From positions 1-37,646 of IMG/VR virus record IMGVR_UViG_3300030376_006176: a DNA stretch of 37,646 nt; one strand, written 5' to 3'. A program made the translations under genes and the position numbers. A model generated the notes under the pieces. It saw only the letters and a list, made by a program, of their open reading frames with translations. It was not told the origin of the DNA and searched no databases. Within the stretch, counting starts at the first letter, position 1. Every line of letters starts with the position of its first letter. Source of the DNA: a virus (taxonomy: Duplodnaviria; Caudoviricetes). Below, piece by piece: positions 26,187 to 35,753 of the stretch.

Positions 26187-26729
26187 TTACACGTCCTCTT
26201 TGCCTGAGCGAATATCACTCTCTTTTTGCGTAAGATAAGTAATAATCTCTGTGTTTTGTTCTTTAGGATCTTTTAGCATTTCTGCGCGTAATAACGTTTT
26301 GACGTAGTTAGCCGTTTCTTCTTGCTCATTGTAAACGCCAGCTTGTTCTTCAGCGAACTTGCGAATCATTGTATCAAAATCGAGCATTTCTTTAGCCTGG
26401 CGAGAGCCTTTAGTATCCATTGCTTGCAACGATTCTAATGCGCCAATAGATGCTTGCGTTTTATCAAGCTCAAGATTGCCAATTTGTGTTGCTGCTGCAC
26501 GCCCCAGTTGATTCGATACGTCGGTCAACGCACCAACATTACGCGTGTTAGATGCTGCTAGTTGGTCTGCACCCATTTGCCGATACTGGTCACGGATGTT
26601 TTTTTCTGCACCACGATACGACTCACCACTAACAACGTCTTCAAGCTTTTTGCGGTAACGTTGTTCTAAACCTTTGCGATATGCAAAATCGCCACCTTCG
26701 CCACCCGGTTGTGAATATTGCGTTGCCAT
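26187..26729 (-). CDS. Small putative ejection protein
   Basis: 180 aa helical, Gln/Ala-rich; AGGAGG RBS; first of the three-gene set. Confidence 0.55.
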   Translation of the reverse strand: MATQYSQPGGEGGDFAYRKGLEQRYRKKLEDVVSGESYRGAEKNIRDQYRQMGADQLAASNTRNVGALTDVSNQLGRAAATQIGNLELDKTQASIGALESLQAMDTKGSRQAKEMLDFDTMIRKFAEEQAGVYNEQEETANYVKTLLRAEMLKDPKEQNTEIITYLTQKESDIRSGKEDV

Positions 26730-26737
26730 TTAGCCTC

Positions 26738-28441
26738 CTAACATAGTTGCTTTTTGCCAATGAGAAACACCCAGTTACCACCATTACCAATAAGAATATC
26801 TTGGTTGGTATACGCAGGCCCTGCAGCAAACTTATTAACAGTATCCTGAATCAGCCATCTGATTTCAATCCATTGTTCTTTGCCTTCAAGCGGGCGGCTT
26901 CCTGGGATAGAGCCACCAACACCATTTGCTAATGCTGTGCGTGCTTGATTTGGTGACGATGAACTACCAATAAAAACAGGTTTTCCGTTTGTAGCAGAAT
27001 AACCTGTTCCAATAGTATTATTTGCCGCAGATCCAACTAACGGGATTGTAAGCATATCAAACGCTAAGTTTGTTTGCGGGTTCCCGTCGTTCCTATTTAC
27101 TTGGTCAATTCTAAAGTTATTTACTGTGCCAAGATTCCATTCACCATAAGCCAACGAATCCCATCCAACAGCTTCAGCGTGATGACCTGCACCTATTCCT
27201 ACACCTACTTTGTGGTCAAATGTAGCTGTACCAGGAGTGCGCACAACAACGTCTTTGGCATTTGGTGTGTAGTTAGCGACAGCTACAACGTGATGCAGTA
27301 CAAACGGATAACGAATAGGCACTCGACGCATATCGTACAAATAACCATTAGTGCCTGGCATGTACGGCATTACATCAGATAAAACACCATTGGTTACAGG
27401 CGGACTGCCAGAAACGCTATTATATACGCCTTCCGTGTTACCGAACAATGGAACTGCTATAACTTCGTATGACGCATCCTGTAATAACTGCTGTGTTTCT
27501 GTAACACCGCTGCGATCGTTATATCCGCCACGCAATAATCTCTGGAAAAAACCGTCAATCGTTTCATAAGCTGTTTGTATGCCAGTACCCGTGCCACCGG
27601 ATCTTGCACGGATCGCTTCTGAAGCTGTTGTTGGCAACGTAATACTAGCTGCTGACGTAGGCGCTTGGCCTTTGTGGCTAGTTGGCATGTTTTGAACACT
27701 CACATTAGGCGGATAGTTTACATCACGGCCCATTAGCTGTTGTTCAAACTTCATAGAAACTAATACGCTATTGAGTTGCAACGGGGTAGCTGCAGCATCA
27801 GTCAAACCAGAACAGTCAATTTCTAACACATAAGTCTTTAGTGGATTGACCGGAATACTAAGATTACTTTGAGTTGCAGGGTTCAAGCGCAAGCGAGTTC
27901 CGCTGAACGATAAAGCTGGCAAGTCAAAAGTTAGCAGTCGTTCTTCTAAAGATTTAGGTGCTGCTGGATTCCAATGAGCCATATCTTTTGAGTATAAAGA
28001 CACCTTGATTCCAAGGCGGCCTACTTGTTCGTAATCTAGCTTGCCTTCAATGATTGGTGATGCCCCGCCTACATCTCGTGTAATAGCGGCTGCTTCTCGT
28101 CGTTGATCGAAACTAAAGCCAACTTCTGTAAGAACTGCACGGGGGTAGTTGCCATTGATGTCTGGCATTTCTCCAACAGATGGTGCTGGCGCAAAATACT
28201 CTTGTACGGGCGGCAGTGAAAACGGAACATAAATAGGTAAATGTTGCGTTGCACCTGTATCCTGCCCTTTGATACAAGGGACGTGCATGTTGATTCTAAA
28301 AGAACCTTTATCGTCATTGAGATTTTCTGACGATATTTGCGCCAACCGTGGTGTATCTAATAATGTGCGGAGCTGACCAACAACATGGTCACTCAACATT
28401 CTAACACCGCGTGCTAACCTTTTAGTTGAAACTTTACTCAT
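26738..28441 (-). CDS. Putative tail structural protein
   Basis: 567 aa, beta-rich, TAATG-coupled in the tail block. Confidence 0.55.
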   Translation of the reverse strand: MSKVSTKRLARGVRMLSDHVVGQLRTLLDTPRLAQISSENLNDDKGSFRINMHVPCIKGQDTGATQHLPIYVPFSLPPVQEYFAPAPSVGEMPDINGNYPRAVLTEVGFSFDQRREAAAITRDVGGASPIIEGKLDYEQVGRLGIKVSLYSKDMAHWNPAAPKSLEERLLTFDLPALSFSGTRLRLNPATQSNLSIPVNPLKTYVLEIDCSGLTDAAATPLQLNSVLVSMKFEQQLMGRDVNYPPNVSVQNMPTSHKGQAPTSAASITLPTTASEAIRARSGGTGTGIQTAYETIDGFFQRLLRGGYNDRSGVTETQQLLQDASYEVIAVPLFGNTEGVYNSVSGSPPVTNGVLSDVMPYMPGTNGYLYDMRRVPIRYPFVLHHVVAVANYTPNAKDVVVRTPGTATFDHKVGVGIGAGHHAEAVGWDSLAYGEWNLGTVNNFRIDQVNRNDGNPQTNLAFDMLTIPLVGSAANNTIGTGYSATNGKPVFIGSSSSPNQARTALANGVGGSIPGSRPLEGKEQWIEIRWLIQDTVNKFAAGPAYTNQDILIGNGGNWVFLIGKKQLC

Positions 28442-29310
28442 TACTGTAACGGCTCCAACAGCGTCAAAACTAAGTTTGGTGAGCCACGCATATAACTATC
28501 ATAATCAAGCTTTTTACCTGCAACGTCTTGCGCATCTAATACAATAGCAACCGAAACACGACTGTTTGCTGGAACGTGCACTTGCATGTGTCGGCGCTGA
28601 TACCACAACTGATTGACGCCAACTGTTGCGTGATTGCTTGGCATACCAGCCAATGGCGGCAGAGGTAACATTTGATTTGTTGAAGCAGGAAACAAAGTTG
28701 CATCAGTAGACAAAGTTTCTGCCCCTAAATACACATTGCGCAACTGTGTTACTACGCTGTTGCGAATAGGGTCTTCAGTTGCATTCGGATCTTCTATTGC
28801 AATAGTGCACTGAATACCGCCTGCATTGAAAAAATCACCGCCAACTGGATTGATAAAATCAAGTTGTGGGTTTGCATTGGTCGTGCCCGCAGGAAAAGTC
28901 CCTGTGTATTTTTGCCACATCATATCTATTGCATCAACAACACATGGATTTTCAAAATAAATTGCAGTGGTCCATACCCATTTTGTTTCATCATTAGGTG
29001 CCGCCCAAACAGCGCCAGGAACTGTGCGTGTGCCTTTTACACGAAATGGGTGTGCTATATCACCTGTTGCACCGTTACGATCAGAAGTAGTGTTTTGATA
29101 ACGCAGCCATGGCGCTTGGTTTTTTTGGCTCGCATTTTGCAACGCTGTCCAACCAGTTACAATTTGCGTTTGCGTGTAACGATTAGCTAAATCTCCAGCA
29201 GAAACATTATTGATGTATTCTGTAACGTCTTGCAAAGCTGCATCTAGACGAGTGCCGTCAACAGTAGTGCCTTCAGAAAACTGTTTCTTAGTTATTTTGC
29301 GAATGCTCAT
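28441..29310 (-). CDS. Putative tail structural protein
   Basis: N-terminal FSEGTTVDGTRLDAALQDV resembles fibre attachment segments. Confidence 0.55.
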   Translation of the reverse strand: MSIRKITKKQFSEGTTVDGTRLDAALQDVTEYINNVSAGDLANRYTQTQIVTGWTALQNASQKNQAPWLRYQNTTSDRNGATGDIAHPFRVKGTRTVPGAVWAAPNDETKWVWTTAIYFENPCVVDAIDMMWQKYTGTFPAGTTNANPQLDFINPVGGDFFNAGGIQCTIAIEDPNATEDPIRNSVVTQLRNVYLGAETLSTDATLFPASTNQMLPLPPLAGMPSNHATVGVNQLWYQRRHMQVHVPANSRVSVAIVLDAQDVAGKKLDYDSYMRGSPNLVLTLLEPLQ

Positions 29311-29939
29311 GTTACAACTCCCGTAGCTGTGCCATTTTGCAACGTATGAGTTGTTGGATTATACGACGATACGACATCAAGATTTGCAACAGCATTAGCT
29401 GCATCGCTCCACGCAAACAAACCTGCGCCATTCATTACACCTGATGCTAAATTGCTTCTAAACGTACAGTTAAATGCTTTAGCTTTTCCGCCTTTAGTTA
29501 CCGCTAAATGAGCGTAACCATCCGCAGCTAATACACTTGAAACATCATCACGCCTGCGTTCAAACGTACAATTTTTGAATACTGCAAGACCGCCATCATC
29601 AACTTGCACAAGTCGCAATGCGTTGCTTATTTCACCAGTGCTTTGAAAGTGTAAGTTTTCTAATAAACACGTCGATGCAACTTGCACCAATCCATTGATA
29701 ACAGATCCTGGAAAACCTAAAACATGAGCGTGCTCAGAATCTACAGTAAACCCAGGATATAAACCCGCTGTCAGCACGATTGATTCATTTCGTCGCTGTC
29801 TAAATGTTACAACATCACCTGATACCAAAACATTTTCACTAAGTGATGCAACGATCGCAGCTTGTTCGTTATCTGTAACATCATTAGTTTGTTCTCTTAG
29901 TTGCCTAAGTTCATTTAGTTGTCTGTATACTCTTGTCAT
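29307..29939 (-). CDS. Putative tail protein with short beta-helix
   Basis: LENLHF, FKNCTF, AFNCTF repeats. Confidence 0.55.
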   Translation of the reverse strand: MTRVYRQLNELRQLREQTNDVTDNEQAAIVASLSENVLVSGDVVTFRQRRNESIVLTAGLYPGFTVDSEHAHVLGFPGSVINGLVQVASTCLLENLHFQSTGEISNALRLVQVDDGGLAVFKNCTFERRRDDVSSVLAADGYAHLAVTKGGKAKAFNCTFRSNLASGVMNGAGLFAWSDAANAVANLDVVSSYNPTTHTLQNGTATGVVT

Positions 29940-32900
29940 CGACCACGCCTTCGACGACCGCCTACAGCTTCTATAACGGCTTTTAGAGACGGCATTTTCA
30001 GCCCTTGAGCAATATCACGCACAAACCCAAAGAACATATAGGATACTGACTCACCACGCGCTGCATCGCTTGTAGCAATAGTATCAACTTCCTGATCGTC
30101 AATAAGATAAGCATTATGCAACACAGCAGTGCCGCCCGGAACTGCGGGAACCCCAGTGCTGTCTACAGCAATAGTAAACTGATTTGCAGCGGGAGTTGCT
30201 GTAACTGTATGGGTGCCATTTAGTTTAGCGTTTGAATCGGTTATTGTTACAATATCGTTTGTAACTAATCCATGGTTTGGATTGACTGTCAGAACTGACG
30301 GAGAGCCAGGCGCTAATCCAGTAATAGCCATTGTATTACCATAGCGAGCACTTCCAAATACACGGTCAACTAATGTTGTACTTGTACTTCGAATGCGTGT
30401 CCGAATAGTGTTTTTATCTAATACACGAATCAAATCATTATCAATGTCGATAGTTTGACTTGACCAGTCCTTCCAGTCACTACCAAGCAGCGTATTGTAT
30501 AAACCGTATGGCCACCCAGGAACTGCAAGGTTTGCTGCATCAGGTTGTCCACGGCTTTTCAATATAGCGTAAGTTCCTCTTGCTCGAACTTGTATGCCTT
30601 GTTTGATGCCAACTTGATCGGTTTTGTACGCCCAATCAACTGGCTGCGCTACATCGTCATGTTGATGCCTACGCACAACGTATGGATTCCAAGGCAGCAA
30701 AGTCCCTGTGGCAGTGCCAGATGTTGGCGATGCCCAACTTGTTGTAACTGTACCTTGCAAACTAAAACCATAACTACTCACCGGCCGATCTGGTTCATAG
30801 TTAGTGTGCATAAAATATACTGATACAAACGGGTTGTATTTGTTTGGTGCTAGATTGAGATTACCGCCTGAAGTATTGTTGTATTGCAGCAACAATACAG
30901 GGCCATTAGCATCTGCTACACCCGCAATTGTTTGTCGCTGTACAGTATAAGACGAAGCATGAGCTAAACGCTCTACAGGCAAATCAAACTTTACTGTAGC
31001 TCCGCCTGCTGAACCTACAACTGGTGTCCAATATCCTACATCAAAAGCAATCTTTGCAATCAATGTTACTGGCAAATCACCGCCACCTGCTGCTGAACTA
31101 GCTGGCACCCATTCAAAATCTAGCCGATATACGTTTTGTTGTGTTGCAGGAAGCTGCGTGCTCGTTTCGCTGAATACCAACTCTGGCGGACGCACAATCA
31201 TAAAGTTATTTATATTTGGGCAATGCGTGCGCAACCCTTGAGCCACACCAACTGCAGGCGATGCAGGTGCTGATGAACTATTTTTGTTTGTCGTAACCGA
31301 GCCTGCACCTACAGCGACAACAGTTTGCATACCATCAATGCCGCTGTTGCCTGTGTTGACAAAGATTTGGTCGTTAGGTTGTGCTCCAAAATCTTGGGCC
31401 AGTGCATAAATAGTGTTTGCGCCAGCCGTAAATCCGGTGATGTATGCCCATTGCGTTGAGCATTCATACTGGCCTGGCAATAATCGCTGATCTTCAGAGC
31501 GAGTAACTGTTCGATCTAACCCGCCGCCATGATTTAGTTTTAGTAAATACTGACTAGATAATACGTTGTTGTTTCCAGCAGCTAACGCACTTGCGCCTGT
31601 AGTGATATTATCAGTGAGTGTTTGGAGCTCACATCCACCAAGAACATAAATCCCAGATTTTGATGACATAACCCAAGGGTTGATAATATTTTGCGCAGTA
31701 CCAACTGCGGCTGTTCCACTAGGAGCATAAGCAAGAGATTCTAATGTCCATGCTGACCATGCTTTTGTTTTACACCACAACATATTGGCTGAAGGCACTG
31801 TAACTAACAAAGAACCAGTCTGTTCGTGATATGTAACACTAACATTGTCGTTTGCATCAAAATCAATAGCTGTGCGCGGTTGCTCAACAGTAAGATCCGT
31901 TGACCCATTCTTTTGGTAATAGTTGTTTAGTGGATTCGACGTGCCACCACGAAAGAAACTTTGAATCTGCGTGCTGGCCTCAGTAATATTCAATCCGTTT
32001 TGAGTAACGTATACACCTGTCTTATCCACCCAAAATAACTCAGAACCAGTAGATGCCAAAGCATTGTTGTTGATACATCCAATCTCATCGTTGACGCGCA
32101 TTAGTCTGCCGCCACCTTGCAAAGCGCCAGCACTTGGTGCGTAGAAAAACGTTTCGCTTTTAGTAAAGATTAGCAGGTTGCCGTTTAGTTGCCCCAAAGC
32201 CGTAATCGGAGTTGTGACAGGCAGCTCCTCGATATTGCTACCAATAAAGCTAGCAGGATACCCCATATCGCTAAAATAGAGAGTAGTATCGTCTGCAACG
32301 ACAAGCCGCCCGTTGAGACTGGTTGCTGCGTTTGGAACTGGGAAGTTGCCCGTGGTACGGTAGGTGTAGTTTGCATCAAACGGTCCGTTAGCTGGAGTAA
32401 TAGGTCGTATCACTGCGCTTTCAGCAGCGCCGCTGTGACAAGTCTTAGTAAATAACGTCTGCAAATATGAACGATGTTTTTGGTGCCATTCTTGAGTGCG
32501 CAAGTTGGTAGGATAGTACGACCACAACCCTATTTCTTTATTGCCGAACACAATGGTTGTATTTTTATTTGCATCATTGATGACCGTAAAAAATACCGGA
32601 TTAGCATCGTAGCTAAAAAAGCTGCGGTAATCATTCGTGCGATTTGTTTCTTGGTGCGCCGAAAACCAAGCCAGCGTTCCTACAAAATTGCCATCAAATG
32701 CATTTTGTAATTGCTCGCTTACTTCTTCCATAGCTGCAGTATGACGATATAAAGGCTCGCTCCAAGAAGCGCCTGTTTCTAAATCTTGAATATGCGCATA
32801 CACTAAAATGCGAGCATTTTTGCGCTGATGATCCGTGTATGCTGTGCCCCAAAAAATACTGAGTATTTGTTCGTGGCCAAAATGAGTTGTAAATAACTGA

Positions 32901-33130
32901 CTGCCTAGATGCTTATTGAATCCAGGTGTCGTTTTGACTTGTGTGTTCGCTAAACCAAGGTACGCAGATAAACCTGTGTCCATTTGCGCAATTTGGCCAA
33001 AGCCAGGCCGCACAGCCCAATCTGTTGTACCAGCAGGAACCCAAAGATTTTGAACCCAAGGTGATCGTTCTGCGCTGCCCGTTTCAACGCCACCTTTTAG
33101 AAGTTCTATTTCTTTGCGAGGGATAGCCAT
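29936..33130 (-). CDS. Tail nozzle / stabilisation protein (T7 gp12 or P22 gp10 position)
   Basis: Propeller-like motifs GRLVVA, LYFSD, ITALG, LLIFTK, IGCIN, LFWVDKTGVY; follows the adaptor; likely ATG at 33130. Confidence 0.75.
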   Translation of the reverse strand: MAIPRKEIELLKGGVETGSAERSPWVQNLWVPAGTTDWAVRPGFGQIAQMDTGLSAYLGLANTQVKTTPGFNKHLGSQLFTTHFGHEQILSIFWGTAYTDHQRKNARILVYAHIQDLETGASWSEPLYRHTAAMEEVSEQLQNAFDGNFVGTLAWFSAHQETNRTNDYRSFFSYDANPVFFTVINDANKNTTIVFGNKEIGLWSYYPTNLRTQEWHQKHRSYLQTLFTKTCHSGAAESAVIRPITPANGPFDANYTYRTTGNFPVPNAATSLNGRLVVADDTTLYFSDMGYPASFIGSNIEELPVTTPITALGQLNGNLLIFTKSETFFYAPSAGALQGGGRLMRVNDEIGCINNNALASTGSELFWVDKTGVYVTQNGLNITEASTQIQSFFRGGTSNPLNNYYQKNGSTDLTVEQPRTAIDFDANDNVSVTYHEQTGSLLVTVPSANMLWCKTKAWSAWTLESLAYAPSGTAAVGTAQNIINPWVMSSKSGIYVLGGCELQTLTDNITTGASALAAGNNNVLSSQYLLKLNHGGGLDRTVTRSEDQRLLPGQYECSTQWAYITGFTAGANTIYALAQDFGAQPNDQIFVNTGNSGIDGMQTVVAVGAGSVTTNKNSSSAPASPAVGVAQGLRTHCPNINNFMIVRPPELVFSETSTQLPATQQNVYRLDFEWVPASSAAGGGDLPVTLIAKIAFDVGYWTPVVGSAGGATVKFDLPVERLAHASSYTVQRQTIAGVADANGPVLLLQYNNTSGGNLNLAPNKYNPFVSVYFMHTNYEPDRPVSSYGFSLQGTVTTSWASPTSGTATGTLLPWNPYVVRRHQHDDVAQPVDWAYKTDQVGIKQGIQVRARGTYAILKSRGQPDAANLAVPGWPYGLYNTLLGSDWKDWSSQTIDIDNDLIRVLDKNTIRTRIRSTSTTLVDRVFGSARYGNTMAITGLAPGSPSVLTVNPNHGLVTNDIVTITDSNAKLNGTHTVTATPAANQFTIAVDSTGVPAVPGGTAVLHNAYLIDDQEVDTIATSDAARGESVSYMFFGFVRDIAQGLKMPSLKAVIEAVGGRRRRGR

Positions 33131-33822
33131 TAGTAGTTGTACCAATCGGTCATGCGATCTTCAACGTAATGGGCTGCTTCTGGCGTTCGAGCCTGTGTAA
33201 TGTATTGATCGAGCTGTCCTAGCCTTTGCTGCAACTGGCGATCTAAAACAGCGTTAGATGCCCCATCAGCAACTTGGTAATACTGAGCAGCTAATAATGG
33301 TATAATAGAATGAAACTGCGACAGGTCATCAATAAACTCATTGTCTGCAGGCGCAAACTTAGTCCAATCAACTGTGCTAAATGGAACGTATTCCATGCGG
33401 AGTTTGCCGGTTACCGGAGACGAAATAAGCAACTTACTGCCAACCATCGTCCAACCATTTGAATAAGCAAACCGCATGTTACTAAAGATTTTAGGATCTG
33501 CATACGGTGGGAGATAACGTTGAATCGTGTTGTCATCGTTTTGGATTGCTAATCGGTATACTCGATACAATCGTTCAGTAGCATTTGGGCCAAGCAGCGT
33601 AGCGTCGCCTGCGGGGGGATTTGCTAAATCATACTCAGGCGAGTTGTTTAGATTGAGCGTTGCATTTTTCATGTAGATTTCAGGTGCAACACCAACCACA
33701 CGCTCTCGCAACTCATTGTAACCTAGTTCTAACCAGGTAGCTCGGTCAGCATCAGTAACATACGTTGTATCAGCTTCATCAATAAACCTATTGAGCTGTT
33801 GCATTACCTGCGTAACGTTCAT
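33130..33822 (-). CDS. Head-tail adaptor protein
   Basis: 230 aa between portal and nozzle; WLELGYNEL and FHSIIPLLAA patterns. Confidence 0.7.
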   Translation of the reverse strand: MNVTQVMQQLNRFIDEADTTYVTDADRATWLELGYNELRERVVGVAPEIYMKNATLNLNNSPEYDLANPPAGDATLLGPNATERLYRVYRLAIQNDDNTIQRYLPPYADPKIFSNMRFAYSNGWTMVGSKLLISSPVTGKLRMEYVPFSTVDWTKFAPADNEFIDDLSQFHSIIPLLAAQYYQVADGASNAVLDRQLQQRLGQLDQYITQARTPEAAHYVEDRMTDWYNY

Positions 33823-33824
33823 TG

Positions 33825-35753
33825 CTAACTCCCAAATCCAGCCATATCACCACGACTAGGAATAGCGTCATCCATACGCGCTCGATCAGCCTTGCGCAAA
33901 GCGTGGTCCATTGTAGTTTCTGATGCTTGGCCTGCAGATTCTATGCTGCCTAATGACGCAGCTAATCTTGTCATATCTTGCGGAGCCTGAGTGCGCGGCG
34001 GAAAGACAGTGCGCTCTAATAGCTGTTTGCGCACATCTTCGTCTTCACGACCGAAAGATTGCAACGCAATAACTACATCACGAATGTATTGCTGGCGCTC
34101 ATCGTCCAGCGCATAATACTCTTCGTTTTGCACAAAGTTTGTGAAGACTTGTTCGATTGTTTCAAGGTCATCACTTGGGAAGATTTCAATCGGGTAACCA
34201 TCCAGAATACCTTGCAGAAGTTCACGAGCGTGACTTTGCGACTGCATTTTCTGAACAACCCAACTACGGCCAGTCTTGAAGTCAAGTTCACGCATTGCAG
34301 TTTTCTGGTCAATAAGACCCATTTGCAACATTTCAAGAACCTTCTGGTCGCGGTCTTGTTTCTCATCACGGAACAGTGTGCCAGCCTCTAAGAATACTTC
34401 AGGATCGTCTTGCAAACTCGTAAGCTGCAACTCTTGCCAAACCACTTTTCCTGTTTGGTCTAACATGCGCATCATTTTATCTTCTTTGTAATATTCCTTC
34501 ATTAGAAGGAGCGAAGTTTCTGCCATAATCTTTACAGCTTTTTCGATGTTACGCTGGGTTACCTGGAGTTGTGTCATGTCGTTTGCGGACAATGCTTCAA
34601 TAGCTTTACCGCTTTCAATGCCCACGGCTCGTTTACCAACACTAGTAGCGTGCAAACCGCCAATGTCATCAATCTCTTGGGTAAGCTGTCGAATATTATC
34701 CAAAATATGCACTGGAATAGGTGGTGGTGCGATTTGTGATGGAGCTGGTCCACCGCTAGCGTTGTAGTAAATCTTTTCGCCAGCAGCTTTAGTAATGCTT
34801 TGTTTGTTTACGCCCGATGTGCGTGGCACTACCCACTTAGGCCAGCCATGATTTTCAATAATGTCGATGACTTGGCCGCGTGCTCGATTGTACAAATCTT
34901 GGATTTCAATAAGCGGCTGGATATAACCCATACCCCACAGTTCACCAGGTACATTGGTGTAACGAATCAACTGCACTGGAAGGTGTTTGCCGGTCCATTT
35001 GCTTTTGAACAAATACCGCTCACCAACCATAATCGCCATATCTCCACCACGAGTATAGATTTCAAATACTTCTAATCGGTCTTTGGCTTGGATCTGCGAA
35101 TCATCAGTTCCATAGTTTAGAAACCTACGACCCTGGCTAGTTGGTGTGGTGCTGCCTGTGTCGCTTGCTAACTTTTTGATGTAATCGGCATCTTTAGGGT
35201 AGGCATCTGCAAGATCATCACGATGTACAAATGTGCGCACAGCAGCCCAACGCGTATCATCGTAACTAATCACACCGCCTTCGTAGAACAAATCAAACGG
35301 CGCAATGTGCTTGATATGCACTGTGTCATCATCTGGGTCATAGAACGTTTGTAAACCAGCGTTGCCGGTTACAATAGCCCAAGCCGCCATTGATTCTAGC
35401 GTAGATGCCATATCATCTGCATTCCACAGATATTTGAGTGCCTGTTCTGCAGCTTCGGCTTTTGTAATGTCATCAGGCGATGGCGATGCAGGAAGCACAG
35501 TCATACCTGGGTACGCCATGCTTAGTTTAGCTAATAGATTGCGATAACCGTTTAGTAATCGGTTGATAACAACTTTAGTTTGACCGCTAGGATAACGAAC
35601 ATCAACAAACGTTCGGCTGCGTGTGTCTAGTGTCACATGCTGCTTGCCACGCAGATACAACAAACACAGATCCCAAATGCGCTCATACCGATATTTAGCT
35701 TGGCGTGAGTCATCCAGGTTTGTTTTCATATCTACTGCTTTAGGCAGTTTCAT
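33825..35753 (-). CDS. Portal protein
   Basis: 642 aa; INRLL, WGMGYIQPLIEIQDLYNR, ESGKAIEAL motifs typical of podophage portals. Confidence 0.88.
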   Translation of the reverse strand: MKLPKAVDMKTNLDDSRQAKYRYERIWDLCLLYLRGKQHVTLDTRSRTFVDVRYPSGQTKVVINRLLNGYRNLLAKLSMAYPGMTVLPASPSPDDITKAEAAEQALKYLWNADDMASTLESMAAWAIVTGNAGLQTFYDPDDDTVHIKHIAPFDLFYEGGVISYDDTRWAAVRTFVHRDDLADAYPKDADYIKKLASDTGSTTPTSQGRRFLNYGTDDSQIQAKDRLEVFEIYTRGGDMAIMVGERYLFKSKWTGKHLPVQLIRYTNVPGELWGMGYIQPLIEIQDLYNRARGQVIDIIENHGWPKWVVPRTSGVNKQSITKAAGEKIYYNASGGPAPSQIAPPPIPVHILDNIRQLTQEIDDIGGLHATSVGKRAVGIESGKAIEALSANDMTQLQVTQRNIEKAVKIMAETSLLLMKEYYKEDKMMRMLDQTGKVVWQELQLTSLQDDPEVFLEAGTLFRDEKQDRDQKVLEMLQMGLIDQKTAMRELDFKTGRSWVVQKMQSQSHARELLQGILDGYPIEIFPSDDLETIEQVFTNFVQNEEYYALDDERQQYIRDVVIALQSFGREDEDVRKQLLERTVFPPRTQAPQDMTRLAASLGSIESAGQASETTMDHALRKADRARMDDAIPSRGDMAGFGS

